Source: Trypanosoma brucei
Lineage: Eukaryota
Direction: 5' to 3'
DNA: 64,000 bases
Assembly (NCBI GenBank): GCA_000002445.1
Contig: AL929603.2
Span: 448,001-512,000 of the forward strand
Under the pieces are notes generated by a model. It had not been told where the DNA came from. It ran no database searches and saw nothing but the letters and a program-made list of their open reading frames with translations. Position 1 is the first letter of the stretch, and each line of letters starts with the position of its first letter. Shown here piece after piece: positions 22,272-33,677 of the stretch. The position numbers and the translations under genes were made by a program.

Positions 22272-23417
22272 ATGGATAATAGCACGGAACTTGGGCCTTT
22301 AAATTCACCTGGCAACATCTTTACTTCTCATGGTGAGGGTAACAGTATTGGCACTTCGTCTCCGCCACATCCGCATTCTACAGAGAGTACGGGTGATAAT
22401 AATGAGTTTATGAACCCACACAATATAGTTTCCAGTCATATGCCTTCACGTGAGGGGTCTGTTTTTGTGAATCGACATCCCCCTGAGAGGCCGGTGGAGA
22501 CTCTCGAAAAAGACGATCAAAACCGATCCTACCTGTACTCGCCGGCTCCAACTACCGACTGCAATGAATCTGTGAACTTTGTTTGCATGCAAGAGGCAGC
22601 AGCAGCAGGATTGCAAACTCCAATTGTACCGGCTGCGTCATCATCAATAAGTCAACACACCGCAGCAGAATCTAAAAGTGTCCACTCCACTGAAAATAAC
22701 AATGACTTCGTGAAAGTGTTCACGACTAGCAAAGGCAGTCATAAAGGGGGAAGATTGGAGGCGTTGCGGCGGATTTCCAATAAGCACAAAACATTCATTG
22801 GACTTACGACGATCACGCCACAGCAACGAAACACCAATGACTGCATTAACCGAAGTATTAATGCCAGTGCACCCAACGAACTTTCGCGTGCGGGCGATAA
22901 CGGTGCTGTTACCAATCCTGGGGGCACAAAACTGGTGCACAGTGTTCCTGTAAAACAGTTGCAACCCCAAGTATCTCATATTGTGCTCGATACATGCAGT
23001 TTGCTGCGGGTTGGGCCACTCCAGTTGGCATGTCTCATGAGGAGGGCCGTTGTGTGCCTGCCACATGGAGTTTTACATGAAATGGACTCGTGGAACCATG
23101 TAGCCAAAAAATATGAAGATGAAATCAGCAGGAAGCGGGCGTTTGTTGCTCGTCGCATACGTACTTGGGTGCACTACGCTACCAAATATAAGGCAAGCAT
23201 ACGTCTTCAGGCGATGAATGAGGTGAACACTGCGTTTGACAAACATGTGCAGAGGAATGATATGGCAATTCTTGGTTTTGCGGTGTTCCTGGAACGTAAT
23301 GAAAAGACTTTGGTGGAATTTGTGACAGATGATACATACCTTTCCCTGACAGCGGCCCAAGAGTTAAAAGGTGTAGTCCGAACAACAAAAGGTTTATTGG
23401 ATTATTACGGGTGCTAA
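22272..23417 (+). CDS. PIN-domain protein of 381 aa, a divergent paralog of the upstream PIN gene, with a long S/T-rich N-terminal extension.
   Basis: The C-terminal 170 aa repeat the same motif order: 'HIVLDTCSLL', 'GVLHEMDSW', 'RNDMAILGFA', 'VEFVTDDTYLSLTAAQ'. Confidence 0.65.
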   Translation: MDNSTELGPLNSPGNIFTSHGEGNSIGTSSPPHPHSTESTGDNNEFMNPHNIVSSHMPSREGSVFVNRHPPERPVETLEKDDQNRSYLYSPAPTTDCNESVNFVCMQEAAAAGLQTPIVPAASSSISQHTAAESKSVHSTENNNDFVKVFTTSKGSHKGGRLEALRRISNKHKTFIGLTTITPQQRNTNDCINRSINASAPNELSRAGDNGAVTNPGGTKLVHSVPVKQLQPQVSHIVLDTCSLLRVGPLQLACLMRRAVVCLPHGVLHEMDSWNHVAKKYEDEISRKRAFVARRIRTWVHYATKYKASIRLQAMNEVNTAFDKHVQRNDMAILGFAVFLERNEKTLVEFVTDDTYLSLTAAQELKGVVRTTKGLLDYYGC

Positions 23418-24759
23418 ATGAACTCTGAGCAGTGCGTGGAAACCACGGAGGGGAGGGGGAAAAAAAAAATGAGAAGAAACAATTGTTTGGATAAAGTCTG
23501 AAGGTAATGGCGGCGCAGAGATTTTTAAATGGAAGTTGAAGTACCCTATTCAGATTCTTTTTTTTCCCCCTGTTCATTTGGATGTATCAGATGCTGCGAA
23601 CGGTGGTATCAATAGGTTTAGATGATACCGAAAAGGAATGAAATTGTAAAGAAGGAGTGTTTATTGAGTGAACGATTTATTTGGAACCGTATTCGTCCAT
23701 TCACAGATAATAGTTGGTTCCGTAAAGATAAAAAGAAAAAAAAAGAAAGTACAAGAAAAACGGCTCGAAACTTTCAGTCTTCGTTTTCAGCACAAAAACG
23801 AAAAAAAGAGAAGAGAGGTGGCACGGAGAGACTCATGAAATAGCACTGGCGCACAAATTAATGTGAATAATTTTTTTTTAATTTCTTCGCCTCTGCCCTC
23901 AACGTGCCAAATCATTTGTGACGTGTTCCTTCGAGACTTGATATATCGAGTTTGTGCATTTCTTCACTTCGCAAAAAATAATTAAAGTTAGTGTGAGGTG
24001 GAAAGAAGAGGAAAAGGGAGGGAAACAGAGAACTGGTGAGAAATCTTTATTGCATTGTTTCCGCTTTTGTCGCTAGTCTCGGTTCCGATGCGGAACTAAT
24101 TTTTGCTTTAAAGGTTGCACCAAGAGTTTTGGTTATGTGCTCGTATTTTTGTGTGAGCGACGAGTTTTTTTTTTTTTCTTACCTTTTATCTTTTTGTTCG
24201 TTTCAGCCTTACGCCTTTTTTTTTTAAAAAAATCTCTCTCTTTTACTAATGTTAGCAACGTCGGTCAGGGTGATGTCGCCGTTGTTCTTTTTTTTTTTTA
24301 CTTTCTTTTTCTTACCTACTCTATGGCGCCAAGATTCGTGTCGAATTTATACTTTTTGAAAGAAAGAAAAAAACAAAAAGAATGTTTGTGAGGTGGTGTT
24401 ATTCGAATACGAGCAGAATTATGGAGTCGTTAAGTTGATTTTGATTATGGTAATTATATAAAAGACGGTAGAAACATTTTATTATTATTATTACTATTGC
24501 TTCGTTTTGTACGCCGATATTTCCACTTCAGTTATTATGTTTGCCACTTCAAACAAGTTGGTTGATAAATGTTCGCAGTAGAGAAAAATCCACCAGTGTT
24601 GAGAGGGGGTGAAGATTCTTTCTTTATGTTTTGTGGAAAGGAGACGAAGAACTACACAAAGTGAAGCTTACTGTGATGGATGAATCCTGTAGGATGATAA
24701 CAATGATGCATAGTGATAGTAACTGCTTGTGATTGATCGTTCAGGTATCATATTTATTG

Positions 24760-24762
<3 letters not shown>

Positions 24763-24810
<48 letters not shown>

Positions 24811-24918
24811 GTATCTGTGTCTATCTGTCTATATATTATTATAATATAATATTATACAATATAATATTAATATAGTATAGTATATTATATTATATTGTAT
24901 TATATTATATTAAATTGC
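24763..24918. repeat. (TA)n of about 23 copies, followed by an A/T-only block rich in short palindromes (tattataatataatattatacaatataat...).
   Basis: Seen directly in the sequence. Confidence 0.9.
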
Positions 24919-26174
24919 ATTCGGCTCTTCTCTAATTTGTGTGATTCGAATGTTGCGGGCAGGTGTGCCACATGTTCTTTCTGCCCGTAGCCTCCTTGAT
25001 CTTTCTTGCACTGCTTCCCCTCTATTATTATTATTGTTATTATTGCCGCTGTTACTCACCTTGTTCATATATTTCTTTTCGTTTCGTTCTCTTCACTTCT
25101 CTTCCTCTTCTGTCTGTCTCTTCTACTTTTCTTTAATTTCTCCTTCCTTTTTCACGTATTCATTACAAATTCTTCGAAGTGTCTTTTTCTCTTGTATCAT
25201 CTTGTATTTTGTTCGTTTTGTTATTAATTAGTTTCCCTAATTGAGTGCGGTCGCTACCTATTTTCCCCACCACTACGGACGTGGGAATAAATACAACCAC
25301 AGACCACGCACATTTATATATTTGTTTGCGTGTTTATATATATTTTTTGTAGATACTCAAAAATTCAAAAAGGAAAGCAATATTAATATTAATACACACA
25401 AAAAATACAAAGAAAGGGAAAAGAGGGAAAGCTCAAAAGCAAAAGGAATAGAAGCTTTGCTTCAAATTCTTTATTGGTCGAAACCTCCTGTCGTAATTTA
25501 CAAGGACAGGGAAGTACGTTTCTCCCAAGAGCAGAAATTTCCTTACAGAAAAATAAATAAGAAACGGCTACAGAAGTTCTTGAGCATCTCATATATTTAT
25601 TAACTTATTTTCATCTATCTTTATATTTGTATCTATAGTGTCGGAAACCAAAATAAATAAATAAATCAAGGCGAAGAACAAACAGAGGCAAAAGAAGGAA
25701 GTAAGAGGATAAGCAGCAGACAAAGTTAGTCAAGTGGTTCATTATAGCGAAAAATAAAACAGTGTCTACCATAGTTCAAGCGCAATATTATATTTGCATA
25801 TACACGCATTGGTAAGTTGTACTTTTTTCCCCCTCGTTTTTATTATTATTATTATTTTTTTACTTCCAGGCCACTCTTCCTTTCATACCTTACTCCGGCC
25901 ATTCATAACCTCTGTTTTGGTTGGCGTCCGCTGCCGTCGGTTGGAGGCGTATCTCTGAGTGCTTTGGCGTCTGTTGGTGCGATAAAATATCGGCGTTGGG
26001 TACGTGGATTCCGGAGCAGAAAAAAAAAACAAAACCAACATAAAAAGAAAGCATAAAGGGAACTGGATTGAGAAGGCGTTACATAACTATTATTTAGCAG
26101 CCACACACTCCCAACATTCCCGTCATTTTTTGTGTATTGTTCAGACAATCCATACGAGTTGATTAAGTGGAATC

Positions 26175-27821
26175 ATGCGGCCCGCTCCCACGGATGCTAA
26201 CATGTATAACAACGTGAAGAAGAATGATGCGGATAACGGGCTGAGTTCATCAAACCACTATAACAGTGTTAATTCCGTGAAAACTAGAGAAGGTACGCAT
26301 AAGGTTTTAAGACTTGGGGTCGGCACGTACAGCAACGACTTAAGTAAGCGGACTGGTGCGGTTACGGCGACAAATGCGCTCAACTCGCAAGGAAATTCCG
26401 TTAGGACCGATCCCGCAGGGACAAGAGGTCATCTCACAAACTCAGCAAGGCAACACAAAAATGCGGAGAGTCCAGTAACGGGAACATGCAGCACGGGGCA
26501 GTTGAAAACCAACTGCTCAGTGGGAACTGAGGGGAAGGCGGGTGGTACAACACAACCCCTAAAGTTGTTGCGACCGCCAATGACAACTGTAGAGCCAATG
26601 GAAAACCTCACGGGGTTAATTTCGCCTTTAGAGGGTTCGGCAACTGCCAGTGACTCGAGCGGCAACTGCCGGCGGAAGACGGTACGAAACCTCCCACTGA
26701 TTGATGTCACACCACAACCACCAGCGCCGCTTCCCAAAGGTCAGGACACCGGTGGAAGCAAAAGAAGTGGATATATCACATGTCAGCGTGTAAAACCTTC
26801 CATATCACTGAAATCCCTCTCGCCAAACGTGTCACCGCCCTCCACCAGAGTGCTTCCAGATGTTCACAGCCCGCAATCGGTAGCGTTGCGCCTGCCACTA
26901 CGCCATCAGCACGCAAAACCAACCGCCGTTACCAATTCCACGCAATTGGAGCCCATGTGGAAGGAGCGAGGAAAAAATGATGAGCATCACAATAAAGCCA
27001 ATGAGGAACTGAAAAACATTGCGGACAAGAAGGTGGCGGAGACTCACAACGAAGGGAAGTTTACGAATATTATAGGTTGGGTTTCGGTTAGTGAAAGAGT
27101 GGAAGCAGCAGCAAATAAGACACATGACACAGGCAATGAGTCAAGTGGAGTGATACAAACTGGTCAACGTGAGGATCCCTCGCTAGTTCTTGCCGAAAGC
27201 TGTGCGCATATGTGGGAAAGTTTAATGAGGGGTGCTGCAGCGGGCGGTTCTTCTCTCTCCAGTTTAGCCGAAAACGCCAATTGTCAACACAAAGGGGATA
27301 GCTCTGCAAAAGATGTGGAAAAGAAGTCACTTGAAGCGAGTTCGACAGAAGTAAAGAAGGATGATATCGTGCGGCGAGTGGTTGATTTAACCACGTGGGC
27401 GGCCACACCACTTTTATCGGTAAATGACGACCTTCACACATTGTTGAGACATTCTGCAGCAACACATCATCAGTGGTGCGGAGAGCGGGATGCCGCCACG
27501 AAAGATAATCCAATTACGTTAGAGCGAGGAGGAGAATTGAAGACGTTGAATCACCGCGTCCACAACGTTATCGCCCAAATTCTTCACCCGAAGCGTCCAC
27601 TACAGCCAAGTTACCCGAGCAGAATGCCTTTAGTAATGGAAAAAGTTCACGGCAAACGTCGTGCGGTTTCGCCGCTTCGTTTCTATGGACCGAAGGGAAA
27701 AGTGATTGGTCCACGATGGTTTGAGTCCGCATTGGATGATGCGAAGCGTGTGGCAAGTCCCAATATTGGGCTCCTTGAGGCTGGAGAAGCGGAAAAGGCA
27801 ATGAGTTGCAAACGCTCTTAG
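26175..27821 (+). CDS. Hypothetical protein of 548 aa, S/T/N-rich and low-complexity. The C-terminus carries the motif 'PRWFESALDDAKRVASP'.
   Basis: A long ORF on the polycistron strand. No domain recognised. Confidence 0.55.
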   Translation: MRPAPTDANMYNNVKKNDADNGLSSSNHYNSVNSVKTREGTHKVLRLGVGTYSNDLSKRTGAVTATNALNSQGNSVRTDPAGTRGHLTNSARQHKNAESPVTGTCSTGQLKTNCSVGTEGKAGGTTQPLKLLRPPMTTVEPMENLTGLISPLEGSATASDSSGNCRRKTVRNLPLIDVTPQPPAPLPKGQDTGGSKRSGYITCQRVKPSISLKSLSPNVSPPSTRVLPDVHSPQSVALRLPLRHQHAKPTAVTNSTQLEPMWKERGKNDEHHNKANEELKNIADKKVAETHNEGKFTNIIGWVSVSERVEAAANKTHDTGNESSGVIQTGQREDPSLVLAESCAHMWESLMRGAAAGGSSLSSLAENANCQHKGDSSAKDVEKKSLEASSTEVKKDDIVRRVVDLTTWAATPLLSVNDDLHTLLRHSAATHHQWCGERDAATKDNPITLERGGELKTLNHRVHNVIAQILHPKRPLQPSYPSRMPLVMEKVHGKRRAVSPLRFYGPKGKVIGPRWFESALDDAKRVASPNIGLLEAGEAEKAMSCKRS

Positions 27822-30800
27822 AAACGACAGGTGAAGGAACAGTATTAAAATAGAACGAACGAAAAAAAAAAACAAAAAAGGAACAGAGGGAAGATGTGTC
27901 TGGGGGGGAGAGGGGGAAAAAAAAAAAGAAAAAAAAACTGTGATGTCAACCGCTGGTATTCCCAGTTTTGCTCACAGGATGGTATCAAAAAAAATCACAC
28001 ACGTATGTGTGGCAGCAGAACCTCCATGACTTTCCTTTCCTTCCTATTCCATATCGTATATATATATATATATATTCTTCTTTCTTTTTGTCAGCCTTCC
28101 CGCCGGCATACAACTGGAGCAAGTTTACTTCCAGACCACTTATTATATAATCGACAGTAACATCCCTGTATCCGTTGGGCACGTGCGTGCCTGTTTTTCA
28201 TGGCGGGAACAGAGGGGGGAAACAAAGAAAATAGTGGTAATAATAATAATAACAATTATTATTATTACTATTACTTTTCTTTTTCATTAAGGAGAACCAG
28301 TGGGAGATGTGTACAATATTGGGGAAAGTTTGTGGTTTGTTGTGAGCGCTGTGGATGGCGGGAAAGTTTTGAAGTCCAACAAGCGGGAGGAAAGTAATGG
28401 GTTGTTGAATGTGACTTGCAGAGGAAAGAGGAAACTAAATAAAATAAAAGATATAAAATGAATTAAAGTGAAGTGATGCCATGTGATGTGATGTAAAAAT
28501 GAAGAAGAGTAGAAGTTAAACAGGAGAAAGGTAAAGAAAGTTTCTTTTTTTTTTCCATTGGTTTGGTTTGTTCGTTTTGGAGGGTTAAGTGCCAGCAAAA
28601 GGAAAAGTAAAAGAAAACAAAAGAGGGAGAACGGTGACTTTTAGGATAGGGGTGATGGGGAATTACATTCAGCAAAAAATTAAAAAAAACAGAAATAAAA
28701 AAAAAAGTAAAAGTAAAGGTGAATGTCTGACATTACTCCGACAGCAGGTTCCGCTTTCTGTTCCCACACTACACCGTCTTATAAAAAAGAAAAAATATTT
28801 TTATACTCAACACAATGCAGTCATCGGATTTTCCGTTATTCTTATTCTCGTTTTTTTGACTTTTTTTTTCTTTACCCTTTTTTATTTATCTATTTGACTT
28901 CTCTTCGTTCTCATGTGGCTTGTGTATTTAAATTTCGGCCTGACCAGGTCTAAAAAAAAGAAGAAAAAAGAAAGAGTAAAGGATTAATTTCTCATGTCTG
29001 TAAGTGTGTGTTTGTGTGCCTGAGCCGATGTCTTTTTAATTTTTATTTTTCGATTTGGCATTCGTCTTGAAACTATTGGCTACTGCACGTGACCAACGCG
29101 CAAAACTCTCTCTCTCTCACACGCACACACACACACACACAAAAGAAAAAAAAGGTTCAATGGTAAAAAAAAAAAGAAAAAGAGAGAAAAAAATAGGAGA
29201 TGAGAAAAAATAACAATGAACAATAATAAACGTGCATTGCATCATTATTTTGTACGTCTCGCTTTTTTTTTTTGTTTTTGTGCGTTCGGTCATCCTCCTG
29301 TTGTTGTTATTCGAGAGGTCAAATGATAGGAGTTGGTGATGGTAACAACAATAATATAAATAGTAATAATAATAATAATAAAAATAATAGTAACGATAAT
29401 AATAAAATTGATGATGTTGAGAATTTGATTGCGCTGGTACTTGTAGCTTATTTATTGTTATAACCGGTTCTGATCTTCAACCAACCACCCGCTCGTGGGA
29501 GGAATCTCACACGTCAAATATTTAAATGTTAGTACAAGTATATTTAAAAATACAAAATATATTGAATGTATAATATATTCTTTCTCTCTTTTTTTTCTTT
29601 TTGTTATTTTGTTTTGTGGGAAAGGGTGTGATATTCTGCACAGGGATGAGGATCGTCTCCTCCTCTAGTGCTTTGTTTGTTTGTTTGTTCGTTATCTTCT
29701 GTTTTTAAACTTCCTTTTTCTTCAAAAAAAAAAAAAAGAAAACCCCTTCACGGTCCACTATTTCTTTCATATGTTGTTTTCTAAGACTCTTTCCTTACCT
29801 CTTGCTTCTTCACTGTCGTTCTTGCCGTTGTCATTACTCCGGTTTGTATTTTTTTTTATGTTTTTTTTTAAAAGAAAAAAGAGGAAAAAAAAAAAGAGAC
29901 GGCGAGACAAGTACGTGTGGAGATGTCGCGAGGTTAACTGACAGTGTTGCATTATTATCTCTCTTTTTGTTTTTGTTGTTGCTGTTGTTCATTTGTGTGT
30001 CTTTATGTGTGCCTTCGGTTTGCAAAGGGGAGGGGGGAATGATCGCTTTATTTTATTTTATTTCGAATAGATGAACATATATATATATATTTTTTTAAAA
30101 AAAGAGAGTAGGTTTTGTGTTGTCTGGGTGGTGGTTCTCCGTGTCGTTCTCTATCTTTCTTTCTCCCTCTCTTACCTTTCTGTATTCTGTCGACCTCTTG
30201 TTTGTTTTTGTTTTTATTTCTTTCCTACGGGTGAACGATTGTTTATTTTATTATTCAAATTTAACGGACTTTGAGTATGTCTTATGTGTTAATCTTTTTA
30301 GTTTCGTTTGTTGTTGCTGTTGTTGTTGTTTTGTCTTTTGCTTTACTTTATGTTGTTGTTATTGGTTGCTGCTATTTATTAACCTACGCAAACGCACAGG
30401 TGGTCTCGTTTTCTCTTCACAAGGGTTGGGCCAACTTATTTGATTTTTCTTTTCTGCATCATCGTCATTATTAGCACTGCAAATGCAAAAAAAAAAATCG
30501 AAAAGTAGGAAACGGAACAATATATTGATTATTTTATTTAATATTATGATAAAAAATAGGAGAAACCGTCAGACGCATTGGGTGGTAGCGGTGTGCGCAG
30601 CACTTTTTTTTTATTTTCAATTACCCTCCTCCCTTCCTCTCCCCTCCCTTCCCCTTCAATCTTTTTAATCTTTATTTTTAATAATAATAATTATTATTAT
30701 TATTTTACCCCTTTCGCCACATTGGCCCCTGCACACACACACACACACACATCCACCCTTTTAGTTCCCTCATACAAAAATAAATGTGTCTGACTTGTGT

Positions 30801-31224
30801 TTTTTTTTGTTGTATTCCACACTTTTTTGAAGAGGATGAAAGGAAGAAGAAGGAGGAGGGGTAATGCAAACCAGTGTGTTAACACAATTCACAGAATCGG
30901 AGACGAGTGTTTGTGCGTTGTAAAATATTCCAGTAAATAAATGAATAATGCTTAAATATGTATATATACCTGTTTATTTTATTTATATGTGGATCGTTGT
31001 GTGTCATGATCCGTGAAGCAGAGCGTAAAAAATTCGGTCGTGTGTGATTCCAGTTAAAGGGTGACCCTTGCAATGATCAAAAATAACAATAACACTAAAA
31101 AGGGTAATAATTAACAACGACAAGAGCAACAAGTGTGCATGCGGGTGGGGAGAAAGAGAAGAAGCAAAAGAAGGAAAAGAAAAGAAAAGAATGCGTTGAC
31201 ATGCATACACACACGCATATATTC

Positions 31225-31257
<33 letters not shown>

Positions 31258-31793
31258 TAACTTCAATGATGAGGTATTTGCGTGTGTATATGCGTGTGAA
31301 GAGGGGAAAATATAGTTATGATTATTATGCATTGTACTTATTTGCGGCCTAATTTCCCTTTCTCGAAACACAGTTCGCTGAATTTGGCAGCTAAAATGCC
31401 CCCTACCTACACACAGACACACTTCGCTTATATGTGCATTTATTTGTATTTATATGAACGTAGCTAAAATATTTTAGCTTCCACTCACACTTTTTTCTCT
31501 TTCTCCTTATTTTTCAATTGTTTTACAAGAGGTATATATCATTTTTACCTCAAGAAAGAACATCACTATTTCCCCCAACAGGTTAATAGGCACAGACATA
31601 TTTTTGTTCATACCTACACCAAAAGTTGGGGGAGAAAAGATAACACGGAATATAAGAGGGAAGAGGAGAAATAAAAGAGCAGTGAAGCACACACACACAC
31701 AGGGAAGAGGGATCGATTACATTTCCTTCCAACCGGCGGAAAAAGGAAAAGAGGGGGGAGGAAAAAACAAACAGTTCTCAACGTTAGCTATAT

Positions 31794-33677
31794 ATGAATC
31801 GTGCTCGAAAGCCAGAACCGCCGTCGACTCCATGCGCTCGGCGCGATTTTCGAGGCACCACTACCGGACGCCGCCCGGGGCTCCCATCGCACAACCGAAA
31901 CGGAAATGATGCTAATGCAACTTATCCCATTCCTAATAATCGTGTTGGCAGGCATTTGAGCCCCGCTTGTGGAAAATATGGAAACCGTCCGCTCACCGCA
32001 AAACCGCGAAAACGTCTCATCAGTCGCCGTAGGAACCGCCTGTGGTATGAAAACGCACTCGCTGATGCGAAAATAGTCCGGAGTCCGCTATGGGAACACC
32101 TTGACGATTCCGACGATGCGGCAGTTTTTGAGGGGTGGAACTCAAAAATGCGGAGGCCCCGGAAGAATTTTTTCTACCACGGGGCCGGGCAAAGTTTCGA
32201 TGGTGCTGAAGTGATTGATTCCCTATTCATGTTGGCGTGGATGGAAGAGCAGATGGGGAGAAGGAAGAAACAGGAGGGAACTCAAGGTGATGGAAACGCA
32301 ACTATTTTTCGAGGCGGGTCCGCGGAGAATAACGTTGACCGCAAGGCTAATAATGTAAAAGGGAAAGAACAACAGCAGCAACTGGTCAATGAGGAGTCGA
32401 AACGCCACGAAACTCATCCCACCGTGAGGGAAGATGAAACAGACCACAACCCCGTGGAGTGTCAAGGGTATAATAGGAGTAGGACCGGTGAAAGTCTTGA
32501 GTTGACGCCGAATTCGTGTGATATATCGTTCAAAAGCATGTTTAGCACCAGATCGAGGAAACGTAGCGGACGTGGGGATCGCCTACGGTTTTCATGCGCC
32601 AGTTTGTACAAGGAGTATAGCAACATCAACACTGAGGAATGCGAAGAGAAAGGGGTTGGTGAGATCCGTGTGATGGAATGCGCGCGACAGCTTGGAAAGG
32701 CTGCTGAGGAGCAATTACAGGAGGGAAGCCGTGGGAGCCGCCGTGTTATGGACTCCACTTCTTGCGGTATTCGTGAACTTCATTCCATTCAATTAGCAGA
32801 ACTACCCGATAGTGTTGTGAAATGCCCCTCGGGAAGGCGACAGAGCGGAGAGCATATGTTACCCAAACTTGTAAAGGGGCGTGGGGAAACAATCCACAAC
32901 ACCAGCGAGGGAACGGCACCCCTCTCCGTTCTTCGTAAAAAGCTGACCCACACCAGGGGACATAAGACTTCGGTATCTGACAAAACCTATCCACAGAATG
33001 CTCCGTTCATAACTAAGGGACAAAAGTCTGCCACACTTCGGAACAAGGAAGGGGGAGGAGATGTGAGCACAACGAATCAACCAGATAGTTCATTAGGTGT
33101 TACGACCCAACGGCAGGGCAAAGGCAGAAATGTAAGCAGCAAATCCACTCACGGGAACGCTTCAACGTTTACGTTGAGCAACATATTTGTCAACCATATG
33201 GGATCATTTTCATCCTCAGTGTCACCACTAGCCCCTCATCTCCGGAAAAAGGAACTTTCCACGGGAACTCAGCAACGTAGCGGTCGTTCCAAAAACGATA
33301 CGCACTGCGAAGGCTCGGTTCGGTCACGAGCTCCCCAGAAACTGAAACGTATCGTGTACCCCGAGTTCTTAAATGCACAAAGTGGTGGTGAACACCGGGA
33401 AGACAACCATATCACCACGATTCAAACGCCCCGTTCATGTGGGAGTGGCTATTTTGTGAATTGTGAAGGCATGAGGTCCACCTCCGTTTCATGTAGTCGT
33501 CATATGGGAGGCGGCGCTAAAGACTCCAGCATTTCCACTTTTGAAGATACATTTTGCTGCAGAGGCAGTTCTCTCCTGCAAGTGATGTGCAACACAGACA
33601 AAAATTACGCTACAGATCGGGAGCAGACAAACTCCACTGGCAATTTATGCTCTAGTGTGAACCCATATTACTTTTAA
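31794..33677 (+). CDS. Hypothetical protein of 627 aa, basic, low-complexity and S/R/G-rich. The N-terminal region carries 'RLWYENALADAKIVRSP'.
   Basis: A long ORF on the polycistron strand. Start uncertain. No domain recognised. Confidence 0.55.
   Translation: MNRARKPEPPSTPCARRDFRGTTTGRRPGLPSHNRNGNDANATYPIPNNRVGRHLSPACGKYGNRPLTAKPRKRLISRRRNRLWYENALADAKIVRSPLWEHLDDSDDAAVFEGWNSKMRRPRKNFFYHGAGQSFDGAEVIDSLFMLAWMEEQMGRRKKQEGTQGDGNATIFRGGSAENNVDRKANNVKGKEQQQQLVNEESKRHETHPTVREDETDHNPVECQGYNRSRTGESLELTPNSCDISFKSMFSTRSRKRSGRGDRLRFSCASLYKEYSNINTEECEEKGVGEIRVMECARQLGKAAEEQLQEGSRGSRRVMDSTSCGIRELHSIQLAELPDSVVKCPSGRRQSGEHMLPKLVKGRGETIHNTSEGTAPLSVLRKKLTHTRGHKTSVSDKTYPQNAPFITKGQKSATLRNKEGGGDVSTTNQPDSSLGVTTQRQGKGRNVSSKSTHGNASTFTLSNIFVNHMGSFSSSVSPLAPHLRKKELSTGTQQRSGRSKNDTHCEGSVRSRAPQKLKRIVYPEFLNAQSGGEHREDNHITTIQTPRSCGSGYFVNCEGMRSTSVSCSRHMGGGAKDSSISTFEDTFCCRGSSLLQVMCNTDKNYATDREQTNSTGNLCSSVNPYYF

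Noticed and set aside
29405-29480. Possible box C/D snoRNA-like arrangement: uUGAUGA at about 29410 and CUGA at about 29471, about 60 nt apart.
   Set aside because: The C box starts with U rather than a purine. There is no convincing terminal stem, no D'/C' boxes and no obvious rRNA-complementary guide. It lies in N-rich low-complexity sequence. Probably chance.
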